Assembly: GCA_050732875.1 (NCBI GenBank)
Contig: JBOHRQ010000008.1
Coordinates: forward strand, 1,384-65,383
Length of the DNA stretch: 64,000 nt
Direction: 5' to 3'
Source: Gemmatimonadota bacterium
GTDB taxonomy: Bacteria; Gemmatimonadota; Gemmatimonadetes; JACCXV01; JAHWKZ01
The notes below the pieces were generated by a model, which saw only the letters and a program-made list of their open reading frames with translations, ran no database searches and had not been told where the DNA came from. Below are positions 16,471-25,405 of this stretch, piece by piece (positions within the stretch are counted from its first letter, which is position 1; every line of letters starts with the position of its first letter). A program made the position numbers and the translations under genes.

Positions 16471-19038
16471 CTGCCGAAGCGGCTCGCGATCACCGCCGCG
16501 CTCCTCCTCGGCGCCGCCCCGCTGGCCGCGCAGACGATCCCGTCCCCCTCCGTATACCTGGGGATCGAGATCGGCGCCGACCGGACGCTCGCCGACTACC
16601 ATCAGATCCGCCGCTACTTCGCGATGCTGGACTCGGTCTCGGAGCGGGTCGTGGTCGAGGACTTGGGCCCGACCACGCAGGGCGAGCCGATGATCGTGAC
16701 GGTCATCTCGAGCGCGGAGAACATCGCCAACAGGGAGCGCATCAAGGATATCGCGCGCCGGCTCGCCGACCCGCGGGGCCTCGCGGACGACGAGGCGGAG
16801 CGGCTGATCGCCGAGGGGCGAGCGGTCGTCATCGTCACCGGCAACATCCACTCGACCGAGATCGGGTCCAGCCAGATGGCGATGGAGTGGGCGCACGACC
16901 TGGCCGCGGCCGAGGATCCGGAGACGCTCAGCCGACTCGAGAACGTGGTGCTCCTGCTCGTCCCTTCGGTCAATCCGGACGGCCAGATCATGGAGGTCGA
17001 GTGGTATCGCCGCTGGCTGGGGACGCCGTACGAGGGGGGCCGCATGCCGTGGCTCTATCACGAGTACGTGGGCCACGACAACAATCGTGACTGGTTCATG
17101 CTGACCCAGGCCGAGACGCGTCACCTGACGCGGGCGGTCTACCACGAGTGGTTCCCTCAGGTGTGGGTCGACCATCACCAGATGGGCGACCAGACCCCGC
17201 GCATGTTCATCCCGCCCTTCTCCGACCCTATGGACCCCGGGATCCATCCCCTGATCTGGCGCGAGATCAATTTGATCGGAGCGAACATGGCGTACCGGCT
17301 CGAGCAGGCCGGGAAGGCGGGAGTCATTTACGGCTATTCGTACGACGCATACTGGATCGGCGGAACGCGCAACACGGGATGGTGGAAGAACATCACCGGG
17401 CTCCTGACGGAGACGGCTTCGGCGCGGATGGCCAGTCCGCTCCGCGTCTACCCGGGCGAGCTCGAGGGTGGGCGGAAGGGCCTCGTCGAGTACGGCCCAC
17501 AGATCAACCACCCGAACCCCTGGCCAGGTGGGGAATGGCGTCTGCGGGACATCATGGAGTACCAGCGGGTCGCCTCCGACGCGCTCCTCGAAACCGCGGC
17601 GACCCGGCGCGAGGATCTGCTCCGCGACATGCTCGAGCGCGCCCGGGACGCGATCGCGAAGGCCGAGCCGGACGAGGCGTACCTGATCCGGCGCGACCAG
17701 CGCGACTACCCGACCGCGAGACGGCTGGCGCAGCTCCTGGCCGACCACGGCGTGGAGGTGCGGCAGGCGGGGAACGGCGACTACTGGATTCCGCTCGCCC
17801 AGCCCTACGCGCGGTTCGTGCGCGAGATGCTGGAGCCTCAGCGCTATCCCGAGATCACGCCCGTACAGGGAGCGGAGTTCCTTCGACCCTACGATGTCTC
17901 GGCGTGGACGCTCCCCCTCATGATGGGGGTCGAGGTGGAACGGACGCGGCTCCCCGGGGGCCTCACCGCGAAGCGGCTTCCGCACGCGCTGGGCGGGACC
18001 GTGCCGAAGCCCATCCTGACCCCCGACCGCTTCGGCGCCATGCCCGAGGATTCCGCAGCCGACCCGCCCGGACCGATGACGGTCCCGAGGACTTCCCCCG
18101 AGTCGGCCAGGATCGTGAATTCGGCGCTGGCCGGGGGTACCAGCGTGCATGTCGCTCCGGACGGGACCTTCTATGTGGGTGAGCCGACGGCCGCCGGGAT
18201 GCGCACGATCGACGGAACCGTGATCGGCGACGCGGAGGGAGGGCCTTATGCCTGGACGTTTCCTCCCGACGCCTGGACCCTCCGCGCCCCCCGCGTGGCC
18301 ACCTACAAGCCGTGGCTCGCCTCGATGGACGAGGGCTGGACGCGATGGGTGCTGGAGACCTACGGATTCGACGTGACCGCGCTCGAGACGGACGCGATCC
18401 TGCGGGGCGATCTGTCCGGATTCGACGCGCTCATCCTCCCCGACATCGACCCCCCCGTCATCGCCAGCGGAAAGCCGGAGCGTGAAGGAGACGAGATGCG
18501 CTACTGGCGGGAGCTGCCGCCCGAGTACGGTGGAGGCCTGGGCGAAGAGGGCGCCCGGGCGATCCGCGAGTTCGTCGAGCAGGGCGGCACGCTGATCGCG
18601 TTCGACTCGTCGATCCAGTACGTGGTCGACGAGTTCAACGTGCCCGTCCGGAACGCCCTGGCCGGCGTCTCGCGCGGCGACTTCGACGCTCCGGGGGCGC
18701 TGCTCCGGGTCGACGTGGACTCCACCCACCCGCTCGGCCACGGCCTCCCCGAAGCGGTCGCTGTGTTCCTGGACGACGCGACCGCGCTGGCCACCGAGCC
18801 GCCGGGACCGGAGCTGGAGCGATGGGTGGTGGCGAGCTACCCGGCCGACGACCGCGACATCCTGCTCTCGGGCTGGATCGAGGGCGCCGAGCGGCTGGAG
18901 CGCCGCGCCGCGGCGGTCGCCCTCACCTATGGCAGAGGGCGGATCGCGCTCTTCGCCTTCCGTCCCCAGCATCGCGGGCAGACCCACGCCACCTTCCCGT
19001 TCCTCTTCAATGCCATCTGGTGGTCGGTGGCGCCCTAG
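16471..19038 (+). CDS. M14-family zinc carboxypeptidase with long C-terminal extension (secreted)
   Basis: M14 motifs 'HSTEIGS' (Zn His/Glu), 'VNPDG', 'HDNNRDW', 'WVDHHQMG'. The signal peptide 'PKRLAITAALLLGAAPLAAQ' has no ATG/GTG/TTG before it. Start proposed at CTG 16471, preceded by GGAG then 6 nt. The alternative is ATG 16309, overlapping tenA by 110 nt. Confidence 0.7.
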   Translation: MPKRLAITAALLLGAAPLAAQTIPSPSVYLGIEIGADRTLADYHQIRRYFAMLDSVSERVVVEDLGPTTQGEPMIVTVISSAENIANRERIKDIARRLADPRGLADDEAERLIAEGRAVVIVTGNIHSTEIGSSQMAMEWAHDLAAAEDPETLSRLENVVLLLVPSVNPDGQIMEVEWYRRWLGTPYEGGRMPWLYHEYVGHDNNRDWFMLTQAETRHLTRAVYHEWFPQVWVDHHQMGDQTPRMFIPPFSDPMDPGIHPLIWREINLIGANMAYRLEQAGKAGVIYGYSYDAYWIGGTRNTGWWKNITGLLTETASARMASPLRVYPGELEGGRKGLVEYGPQINHPNPWPGGEWRLRDIMEYQRVASDALLETAATRREDLLRDMLERARDAIAKAEPDEAYLIRRDQRDYPTARRLAQLLADHGVEVRQAGNGDYWIPLAQPYARFVREMLEPQRYPEITPVQGAEFLRPYDVSAWTLPLMMGVEVERTRLPGGLTAKRLPHALGGTVPKPILTPDRFGAMPEDSAADPPGPMTVPRTSPESARIVNSALAGGTSVHVAPDGTFYVGEPTAAGMRTIDGTVIGDAEGGPYAWTFPPDAWTLRAPRVATYKPWLASMDEGWTRWVLETYGFDVTALETDAILRGDLSGFDALILPDIDPPVIASGKPEREGDEMRYWRELPPEYGGGLGEEGARAIREFVEQGGTLIAFDSSIQYVVDEFNVPVRNALAGVSRGDFDAPGALLRVDVDSTHPLGHGLPEAVAVFLDDATALATEPPGPELERWVVASYPADDRDILLSGWIEGAERLERRAAAVALTYGRGRIALFAFRPQHRGQTHATFPFLFNAIWWSVAP

Positions 19039-19091
19039 CTGCCCGGCTCCCGTTCGTTGGCGGGGCGAGCGGGGAGCGGTATCGTGATGAC

Positions 19092-20843
19092 GTGCGCCGA
19101 TCGCTGTTCGCCCCCGCGCTGATCCTCGGGCTGGCGGCGAGTCCAGCCATCGCTTTCCAGCAGCCGAGCGACTCCATCGACGTCCTCCAGGAGGCCCGGG
19201 CCGCCCAGGTCGAGTTCGAGCGGGTGCGCATGGCCCACCTCCCCTGGGGCTCGAGCCGGGCCGGCTCCGCTCGCGACGAGATCGTGGGACGACTGGTTCT
19301 GCTGGGCGACGAGGGGGAGGAGTGGCGGGCGCCGCCCGATCCGTCGCCGGTGGTCGAGGCGCGGCGGGAGCTCCTGGGGGCGCTCTCCGGAGCCGCCGCC
19401 GACCTCCCGGGCGACGGATGGATCGCGGGCCAGCGTGTTTTCTACCACGTCGAGGCTGGGCGCGCCGACGCCGCCCTCGCGGCGGCGCGCGAGTGCCGGG
19501 GGGAGGCATGGTGGTGCCACGCCCTGGCTGGCTACGCCCATCACGCGGCGGGTGACTTCGTGGCCTCTGAGGCCGCGTTCGAGGAAGCGCTGGCGGGAAT
19601 GCCGTCCACCGACCGGCGGCGCTGGCTCGATCTCGACGATCTCATTGAGGGCGAGGCGGAGCAGGCGTACCGGGACTCCGAGGATGGAGACCGTGCCGCC
19701 TTTCTCGGCCGCTTCTGGTGGCTCGCCGATCCGCTCTGGAGCCTGTCCGGCAACGACCGCCGCACCGAGCACTTCTCCCGGCACGTCCTGGACCGGATCC
19801 TCAGGGACGCCCGGACGCCGTTCGAGCTGGGATGGGGGAGCGACCTGCGCGAGGTCCTGATCCGCTACGGCTGGCCGACCGGCTGGGAGCGGATCCGGGC
19901 CCGGACGTGGGCGCTGGGAGCCGGAGGCGGGTCGGGCGTGGTCGGCCACGATCCGCTCGGCGAGCGGCGCTTCGTGGCGAGCGGGGACGCGTTCGCGCGG
20001 CCGACGGAGCGCGACTTCGTACAGGGGAGCCTCGAGGATGACGGGGCCCGCTCCACCTACGCGCCGGCCTACGCCGAGCGGTTCGTCGACCTCGACCACC
20101 AGCTCGCGATCTTCCGGCGCGGGGATTCCGCGCGGGTCGTGGCGGGGTGGAGCCTGCCTCCCGATTCGCTCGGCGGATCGACGCGTGGCCCGTCAGCGGA
20201 CTCGTCCGCTGGCGACGTCGAGGCGGCCCTCGTCGTGTCTACGGATCCTGAATCGCCTTTCCGACTCGTCCGGTCGAGGGAGTCGGGCGTCTCCGGCACC
20301 CTGGCCCTGACCGTGGCGTGGTCCCCCGCCGTCGTCAGCGTCGAGGCGCTGGCCCGGGAGGCCAGCCTGGCCGCGCGCGCCCGCTACGGACTGCCGATCG
20401 ACGGACCGGCGGGCAGGCGTCCCGCGCTCTCGGACCTGCTGCTCGTGGACCCCGCCGGAGGGTTGCCCCGCTCGCTCCGGGAAGCCACCTCGCGGGCGAG
20501 GGCAAGCGTGCGCGTCGAGCCGGATCGATCCGTGGGGGTCTTCTGGGAGATCTACCCTCCGGGGGGCGGACCCTACGAAGCGCGGCTCTCGATGCGCCTC
20601 AAGGACGAGCAAGGGGGCTTCTGGAAGGGCCTCGGAGCGGCGCTCGGCCTGACCGATCGAGCGGGAGGCTCGGTCGCCCTCGAATGGATCGAAACGATTC
20701 CGGCCCGCCAGGAGGTCTATCCGCGCGCGCTGGTCCTGAGTCTCCCGGACCTTCCGCCGGGCCGCTACGCGCTGGAGCTGGAGGTCGTGCTCCCGGACTC
20801 GCGGAGGGCGTGGGTGGAGCGGCCGATCGTGGTCGAGGAATAG
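19092..20843 (+). CDS. secreted hypothetical protein (583 aa), possibly GWxTD-like
   Basis: GTG 19092 gives the signal peptide 'MRRSLFAPALILGLAASPAIA'. Trp-rich motifs 'FWWLADPLW', 'YGWPTGWERI'. No assignable catalytic domain. Confidence 0.5.
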   Translation: MRRSLFAPALILGLAASPAIAFQQPSDSIDVLQEARAAQVEFERVRMAHLPWGSSRAGSARDEIVGRLVLLGDEGEEWRAPPDPSPVVEARRELLGALSGAAADLPGDGWIAGQRVFYHVEAGRADAALAAARECRGEAWWCHALAGYAHHAAGDFVASEAAFEEALAGMPSTDRRRWLDLDDLIEGEAEQAYRDSEDGDRAAFLGRFWWLADPLWSLSGNDRRTEHFSRHVLDRILRDARTPFELGWGSDLREVLIRYGWPTGWERIRARTWALGAGGGSGVVGHDPLGERRFVASGDAFARPTERDFVQGSLEDDGARSTYAPAYAERFVDLDHQLAIFRRGDSARVVAGWSLPPDSLGGSTRGPSADSSAGDVEAALVVSTDPESPFRLVRSRESGVSGTLALTVAWSPAVVSVEALAREASLAARARYGLPIDGPAGRRPALSDLLLVDPAGGLPRSLREATSRARASVRVEPDRSVGVFWEIYPPGGGPYEARLSMRLKDEQGGFWKGLGAALGLTDRAGGSVALEWIETIPARQEVYPRALVLSLPDLPPGRYALELEVVLPDSRRAWVERPIVVEE

Positions 20844-20853
20844 GCGCCCCTGC

Positions 20854-21450
20854 GTGACCATCGATCCACGCATCGAGCTTCTGGAGGCGGTCCTGGCGGT
20901 AAGGGCGCCTCGTCGCCTGACTCGCGGGGCGAAGGATCAGGAGGCCGCGGTCGCCCTGGTGGTTAGGCCAGGCGAGGACCTCGAGATCCTGCTCGTCCAG
21001 CGCGCCCTGCGGGACGCCGACCCGTGGTCGGGTCATGTGGGCCTACCCGGCGGTCGGATGCACGCCGAGGACCGGGACTTGCTCGCGACGGCCCTCCGCG
21101 AGACCGAGGAGGAGACCGGTGTGTCGATCGCGAACCATGGTCGAACCCTGGGATTCCTCGACGACGTCGAGCCGGCCACCCCGCGGCTGCCGCCGATCGT
21201 CATCGCGCCGCTGGTCGCCGCGGTCGGCCCCGGGACCGTCGCCGTCCCCGACGGGCGCGAGGTGACGGCGACGATGTGGGTGCCGCTCGACGCGCTTCGC
21301 GACCCCGGGGCCCGGGCGGAGCATCTCGTCGAGCAGGAGGACTTCCGCCGCGTCTTCCCCGCGATCCGTCACGGCAAGCGCGTCGTCTGGGGGCTGACGC
21401 ACCGGATCCTGATGGGGTTTCTGGACGTGGCCGCGAGCGCGGGGCTCTGA
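20854..21450 (+). CDS. NUDIX hydrolase (CoA pyrophosphatase-like)
   Basis: Nudix box 'GGRMHAEDRDLLATALRETEEETGV'. Upstream 'LLVQR' is typical of NudL. Confidence 0.8.
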   Translation: MTIDPRIELLEAVLAVRAPRRLTRGAKDQEAAVALVVRPGEDLEILLVQRALRDADPWSGHVGLPGGRMHAEDRDLLATALRETEEETGVSIANHGRTLGFLDDVEPATPRLPPIVIAPLVAAVGPGTVAVPDGREVTATMWVPLDALRDPGARAEHLVEQEDFRRVFPAIRHGKRVVWGLTHRILMGFLDVAASAGL

Positions 21451-21459
21451 GCAGGGAGG

Positions 21460-22137
21460 ATGTCGACGCCGATCGTCCCGCGGTCGACCCGACCGGTCCG
21501 GCGCCGGTACGACCGGCTGGCGGAGGTCTACGACCGGCGCTGGGCGACGTACCTCGTGGCCAGCGTCCAGAAGACCCTGCACCGAGCGGATGTCCGGGAA
21601 GACGATGCGATCCTGGACGTCGGGTGCGGGACGGGAGCCCTGCTGGAGGCGGTCGCGACCCGCGTCCCCGGTGCCCGGCTGGTGGGGGTCGACCTGAGCC
21701 CGGCCATGCTGGCGGTCGCGCGCCGCAAGCTGGGAGACCGGGCCTCGCTGGTCGCGGGCGAGGCCGGCCGCCTGCCCTTCCCGGATCATCATTTCGATCT
21801 GATTCTCTCCTCGAGCTCCCTTCACTACTGGCCCGATCCCGCCGCGGGGCTGGCCGAGACCGCGCGCGTCCTGAAGGCCGGTGGAAGGGTCGTGATCACC
21901 GACTGGTGCGACGACTACCTGGCCTGCCGCGTCGTCGACTTCCTCCTTCGGATTCTCGAACCCGCCCATCACCGGACCTACGGCACGAAGGCCTGCGAAC
22001 GGCTCCTCCGGGAGGCCGGATTCGAAGAAATCCAGGTCGAGCGCTACCGGATCGGCCGGCTGTGGGGTCTCATGACGGCTACGGGATTTCGCGGGGCGAA
22101 CGGTCGCGCGGCGCCTCATAGGTCCGCGCAGCCGTGA
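21460..22137 (+). CDS. class I SAM-dependent methyltransferase
   Basis: 'ILDVGCGTG' (motif I), 'GVDLSPAML', 'FDLILSSSSLHYWPD'. Confidence 0.8.
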   Translation: MSTPIVPRSTRPVRRRYDRLAEVYDRRWATYLVASVQKTLHRADVREDDAILDVGCGTGALLEAVATRVPGARLVGVDLSPAMLAVARRKLGDRASLVAGEAGRLPFPDHHFDLILSSSSLHYWPDPAAGLAETARVLKAGGRVVITDWCDDYLACRVVDFLLRILEPAHHRTYGTKACERLLREAGFEEIQVERYRIGRLWGLMTATGFRGANGRAAPHRSAQP

Positions 22138-22398
22138 TCATCGCCGTGACGGAGCGAGCCAGTAGATCCAGTGGGCCGACCAGACATTGGCGAGAAGCGC
22201 TGGGCCCAACGAGCGCGCCAGGTTCATCGACCCTCTCGTCAGGGGGCCGCCCATCAACGCCGCCTGGCTGGGTTCTGGGGGATGCACTCGCCGGATGGCT
22301 ATTTTGGCCCTGGGTCCGGTAGCCATGGAGGCATGCGAACGCCGCCCCTTCGCGCACGTGTTGACGCGACTCCCCGACGATCTATCTTGAAAGACACA

Positions 22399-22743
22399 AT
22401 GTCTCGCAGACCGATCCCCCGCCTCGCGCTCCTCGCGATCTTCGGGCTCTCCCTGACGGCTCCCTGCTTCGCCATGGGAATGCAGGGCGACGTCCCGATG
22501 GAGACCATGAACGGATGTGCGAACGGGGAAGCTCCGCGGGCCGATTTCGTCTGCGCGACGAGCTTCAAGCCCGCGCCACCGGCCGATGGGCTTCGGCCGG
22601 CCACGCTCACGGTCGCGAGGGCTCCGTTGGAGCCGCAGGCCGTGCTATCCACGAGCAGCGGCGTCGACCCTTCCGGGGCGAACCCCAGCGCGCGAAACCA
22701 AGGCCCGCCGACCTATCTGCTTCATAGCGTCTTCCTGATCTAG
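22399..22743 (+). CDS. small secreted hypothetical protein (114 aa)
   Basis: ATG 22399 followed by the signal peptide '[25 protein letters not shown]'. An upstream TTGACG-16-TATCTT promoter-like pair leaves about 4 nt of leader. Confidence 0.35.
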   Translation: MSRRPIPRLALLAIFGLSLTAPCFAMGMQGDVPMETMNGCANGEAPRADFVCATSFKPAPPADGLRPATLTVARAPLEPQAVLSTSSGVDPSGANPSARNQGPPTYLLHSVFLI

Positions 22744-22835
22744 CTGCCTCCAGCAACGCGTTCTTTTCCCGCGACCGGCCGTCTCCTGCGGCCCGCGCGG
22801 GGAGTGGCTTCGTGTCTCTGCGGAGGTAAGTCATC

Positions 22836-24179
22836 GTGAAAGCACACCCGAAGGCCCCGGCGATCGTGACCGGGATCCTCCTGATCTTCCTGACCGGGCC
22901 TCGCCTGGGAGCGGGGCAGGAGGCCCCAGCCACGCGCCTGGAAGCTCTCCTCGAGATCGCGCGGACCGAAAGCCCCGAGATCGAGGCCGCGGCCCAGGCG
23001 GTGGAGGCGGCCCGAGCCCGTGCGCGAGCCGCCGGGCTTCTCCCCGATCCGACGCTCGGTGTCGGGCTCGTCAACGTGCTCGTCTCAGATCCTCTCTCCT
23101 CCGAGGACTTCATGACGATGCGCATGGTCCAGATCGGCCAGCGTATGCCGTATCCCGGCAAGCTCGATCTCGAGCGCGAGGCGGCCCGCTGGGACCTGGC
23201 GGCGGCCGAGGCGGAGCGGGAACGAGTGGAGCTGGAGGTCGTCGCGTCCATCCAGCGGGACTATTACGAGATCTTCCTCATCGACCGGGCGCTCGAGATC
23301 GTGCGCCACAACCGCGCGCTCCTCGGCGACTTCCTATCGGTGACCCAAGCGCGCTACGGTGTCGGCACCGGCAGCCAGCAGGACGTGCTGAAGGCGCAGG
23401 TCGAGCAGAGCCGGCTCGGGAACGAGGTGCTCGCGCTCCATGAGCGCCGCGAGGAGGCGCTCGCCAAACTGAACGCTCTCCTCGCCCGCCCCAGCCGGAC
23501 ACCGCTCGGCGAGCTCTCGATCCCCGATCACGTCATCGCAGCGGCTCTTCCCGAGCCCGATGCAGAAGTCCGCTTCACGGCCGCCGCTCTGGAAGAGTCG
23601 GACGGAGGGCCGATCCCCGCTCTCGGGACCTTGCAGAGTCGGGCGGAGGCGGAGAACCCGATGCTGAGGGCCCACGCGGCACGGATCGCCTCCCAGCGCG
23701 CCCAGGCCGAGCTGGCGGGGAAAGCGGTGCTGCCGGATTTCGACCTGTCGGTAGGCTACGGTCAACGCGGCGGGCGCGAGGACATGATCACGGCGATGGT
23801 CTCGGTGCCGATCCCGATCTTCAAGGCGAAGAAGCAGGACGCGCTGGCGGCGGCGGAGCGCTCCGAGCTCGCGAGCTTGGAAGCCCGGCACAGCGCGATG
23901 GTGAACGGCATCCACGCTGAGGTCGCGGATCTCCACGCCTCGCTCGTCCGAGCCCGCAATCAGCTCGCGCTCCTGAAGGAGGGGATCCTGCCCCAGGCCC
24001 GGGCTTCGCTCGAGTCGGCGGTGGCTGGCTACCCGGTCGCGAGAGTCGACTTCCTGACTCTGATCGACAACCAGGCGACGCTCTTCCGTCACGAGATCGA
24101 CTACTACCGGCTCCTGAGCAAATTCGCGCAGGATCTGGCCGAGCTGGAGCGGGTGGTCGGAGGCGAGGTGCTGCGATGA
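22836..24179 (+). CDS. cusC: TolC-family outer membrane efflux protein of heavy-metal RND system (CusC/CzcC-like)
   Basis: GGAGG then 9 nt then GTG. Signal peptide. Two coiled-coil/barrel repeats typical of outer-membrane factors (OMFs) ('QARYGVGTGSQQDVLKAQ', 'RVDFLTLIDNQATLF'). Confidence 0.85.
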   Translation: MKAHPKAPAIVTGILLIFLTGPRLGAGQEAPATRLEALLEIARTESPEIEAAAQAVEAARARARAAGLLPDPTLGVGLVNVLVSDPLSSEDFMTMRMVQIGQRMPYPGKLDLEREAARWDLAAAEAERERVELEVVASIQRDYYEIFLIDRALEIVRHNRALLGDFLSVTQARYGVGTGSQQDVLKAQVEQSRLGNEVLALHERREEALAKLNALLARPSRTPLGELSIPDHVIAAALPEPDAEVRFTAAALEESDGGPIPALGTLQSRAEAENPMLRAHAARIASQRAQAELAGKAVLPDFDLSVGYGQRGGREDMITAMVSVPIPIFKAKKQDALAAAERSELASLEARHSAMVNGIHAEVADLHASLVRARNQLALLKEGILPQARASLESAVAGYPVARVDFLTLIDNQATLFRHEIDYYRLLSKFAQDLAELERVVGGEVLR

Positions 24180-25402
24180 GCGGAGACCGGCGGGGCTCCA
24201 GATCCACGATCGCGATCGTGGTCGTTGCGGCGCTGATCGCCGCCGCGGTCCTCACGTTCAGCATGTTGGCCAAGCAAGGGGGAAAGGACACGGTGCCGGG
24301 CGTGGCGGACGGCGTGCAGAACGGCGAGTCGATGGCCGGGATGGAAGGAATGGGAATGGGGGAGGGGGGGACCGTCCGCCTCACGGCCGACCAGATCCAA
24401 AACTTCGGCGTCACGTTCGGAGCGGCCGAGGTCCGGCAGCTCCAGAAGTCGATCCGCGCCGTGGGTTTCGTCGACTTCGACGAGACCCAGATGGCGTACG
24501 TGGCGCCCAAGTTCGGAGGCTACGTCGAGCGGCTCTACGTGGACTTCACCGGACAGCTGGTCTCACGCGGCCAGCCGCTCCTCGAGATCTACTCGCCCGA
24601 GCTCGTCTCGGCGCAGGAGGAGCTGCTCCTCGCGCGAAGCCTGAAAGAGAAGATCGGCGAGAGCCGTGTCGAGGGTGTGGCCGTGGGATCGACCGATCTC
24701 CTGGAGTCCGCGATGCGGCGCCTCCGCTACTGGGACATCTCCCAGGCCCAAATCGAGCAGGTTCTCGAAACGGGGCAGGTGCAGAAGACGCTCACTCTGC
24801 ACGCGCCGGTTTCGGGGATCGTCATGGAGAAGGACGTCCTCGAGGGCCAGGCGGTCCAGCCCGGCGACAACCTCTACATGATCGCCGACCTCTCGGAGGT
24901 GTGGGTCGAGGCCGAGCTCTTCGAGGCCGACGCCGCGCTGGTCGAGGAGGGAATGCCGGCCGCGATCGAGGTCGCGGCGCTGCCCGGTCGCACGTTCGAG
25001 GGCCGGATCGAATACGTCTATCCGACTCTCAAGGAGGCGACGCGGTCGATGACCGCCCGGATCGCCCTTCCCAACCCTGGCGGACGCCTCAAGCCCGGCA
25101 TGTACGCGACGGTCCGGCTGGAGAAGGACCTCGGCCAGATTCTCGCGGTCCCACGCTCGGCGGTCGTGAGGACGGGCGAGAAGGCGATCGCCTTCGTGGA
25201 CGCGGGCAGCGGCCGGCTGATGCCCCACGAGCTGACGCTGGGCATCACGGGCGAGCGGTACGTCGAGGTCCTCGAGGGCCTCGATCCGGGCACCCGCGTC
25301 GTGACCAGCGCCCAGTACCTGCTGGACAGCGAGTCCAACCTGGCCGAGGTCATGCGGGCGATGATGGCCCAGATGAGCCTGCCCGACATGCAGGATGACT
25401 GA
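24176..25402 (+). CDS. cusB: efflux RND periplasmic adaptor subunit, Cu/Ag type (CusB-like)
   Basis: ATGA overlap with cusC. Met-rich 'MAGMEGMGMGEGG' and 'MRAMMAQM' tails flank membrane-fusion-protein (MFP) beta-barrel/lipoyl motifs. Confidence 0.85.
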   Translation: MSGDRRGSRSTIAIVVVAALIAAAVLTFSMLAKQGGKDTVPGVADGVQNGESMAGMEGMGMGEGGTVRLTADQIQNFGVTFGAAEVRQLQKSIRAVGFVDFDETQMAYVAPKFGGYVERLYVDFTGQLVSRGQPLLEIYSPELVSAQEELLLARSLKEKIGESRVEGVAVGSTDLLESAMRRLRYWDISQAQIEQVLETGQVQKTLTLHAPVSGIVMEKDVLEGQAVQPGDNLYMIADLSEVWVEAELFEADAALVEEGMPAAIEVAALPGRTFEGRIEYVYPTLKEATRSMTARIALPNPGGRLKPGMYATVRLEKDLGQILAVPRSAVVRTGEKAIAFVDAGSGRLMPHELTLGITGERYVEVLEGLDPGTRVVTSAQYLLDSESNLAEVMRAMMAQMSLPDMQDD

Positions 25403-25405
25403 GCC

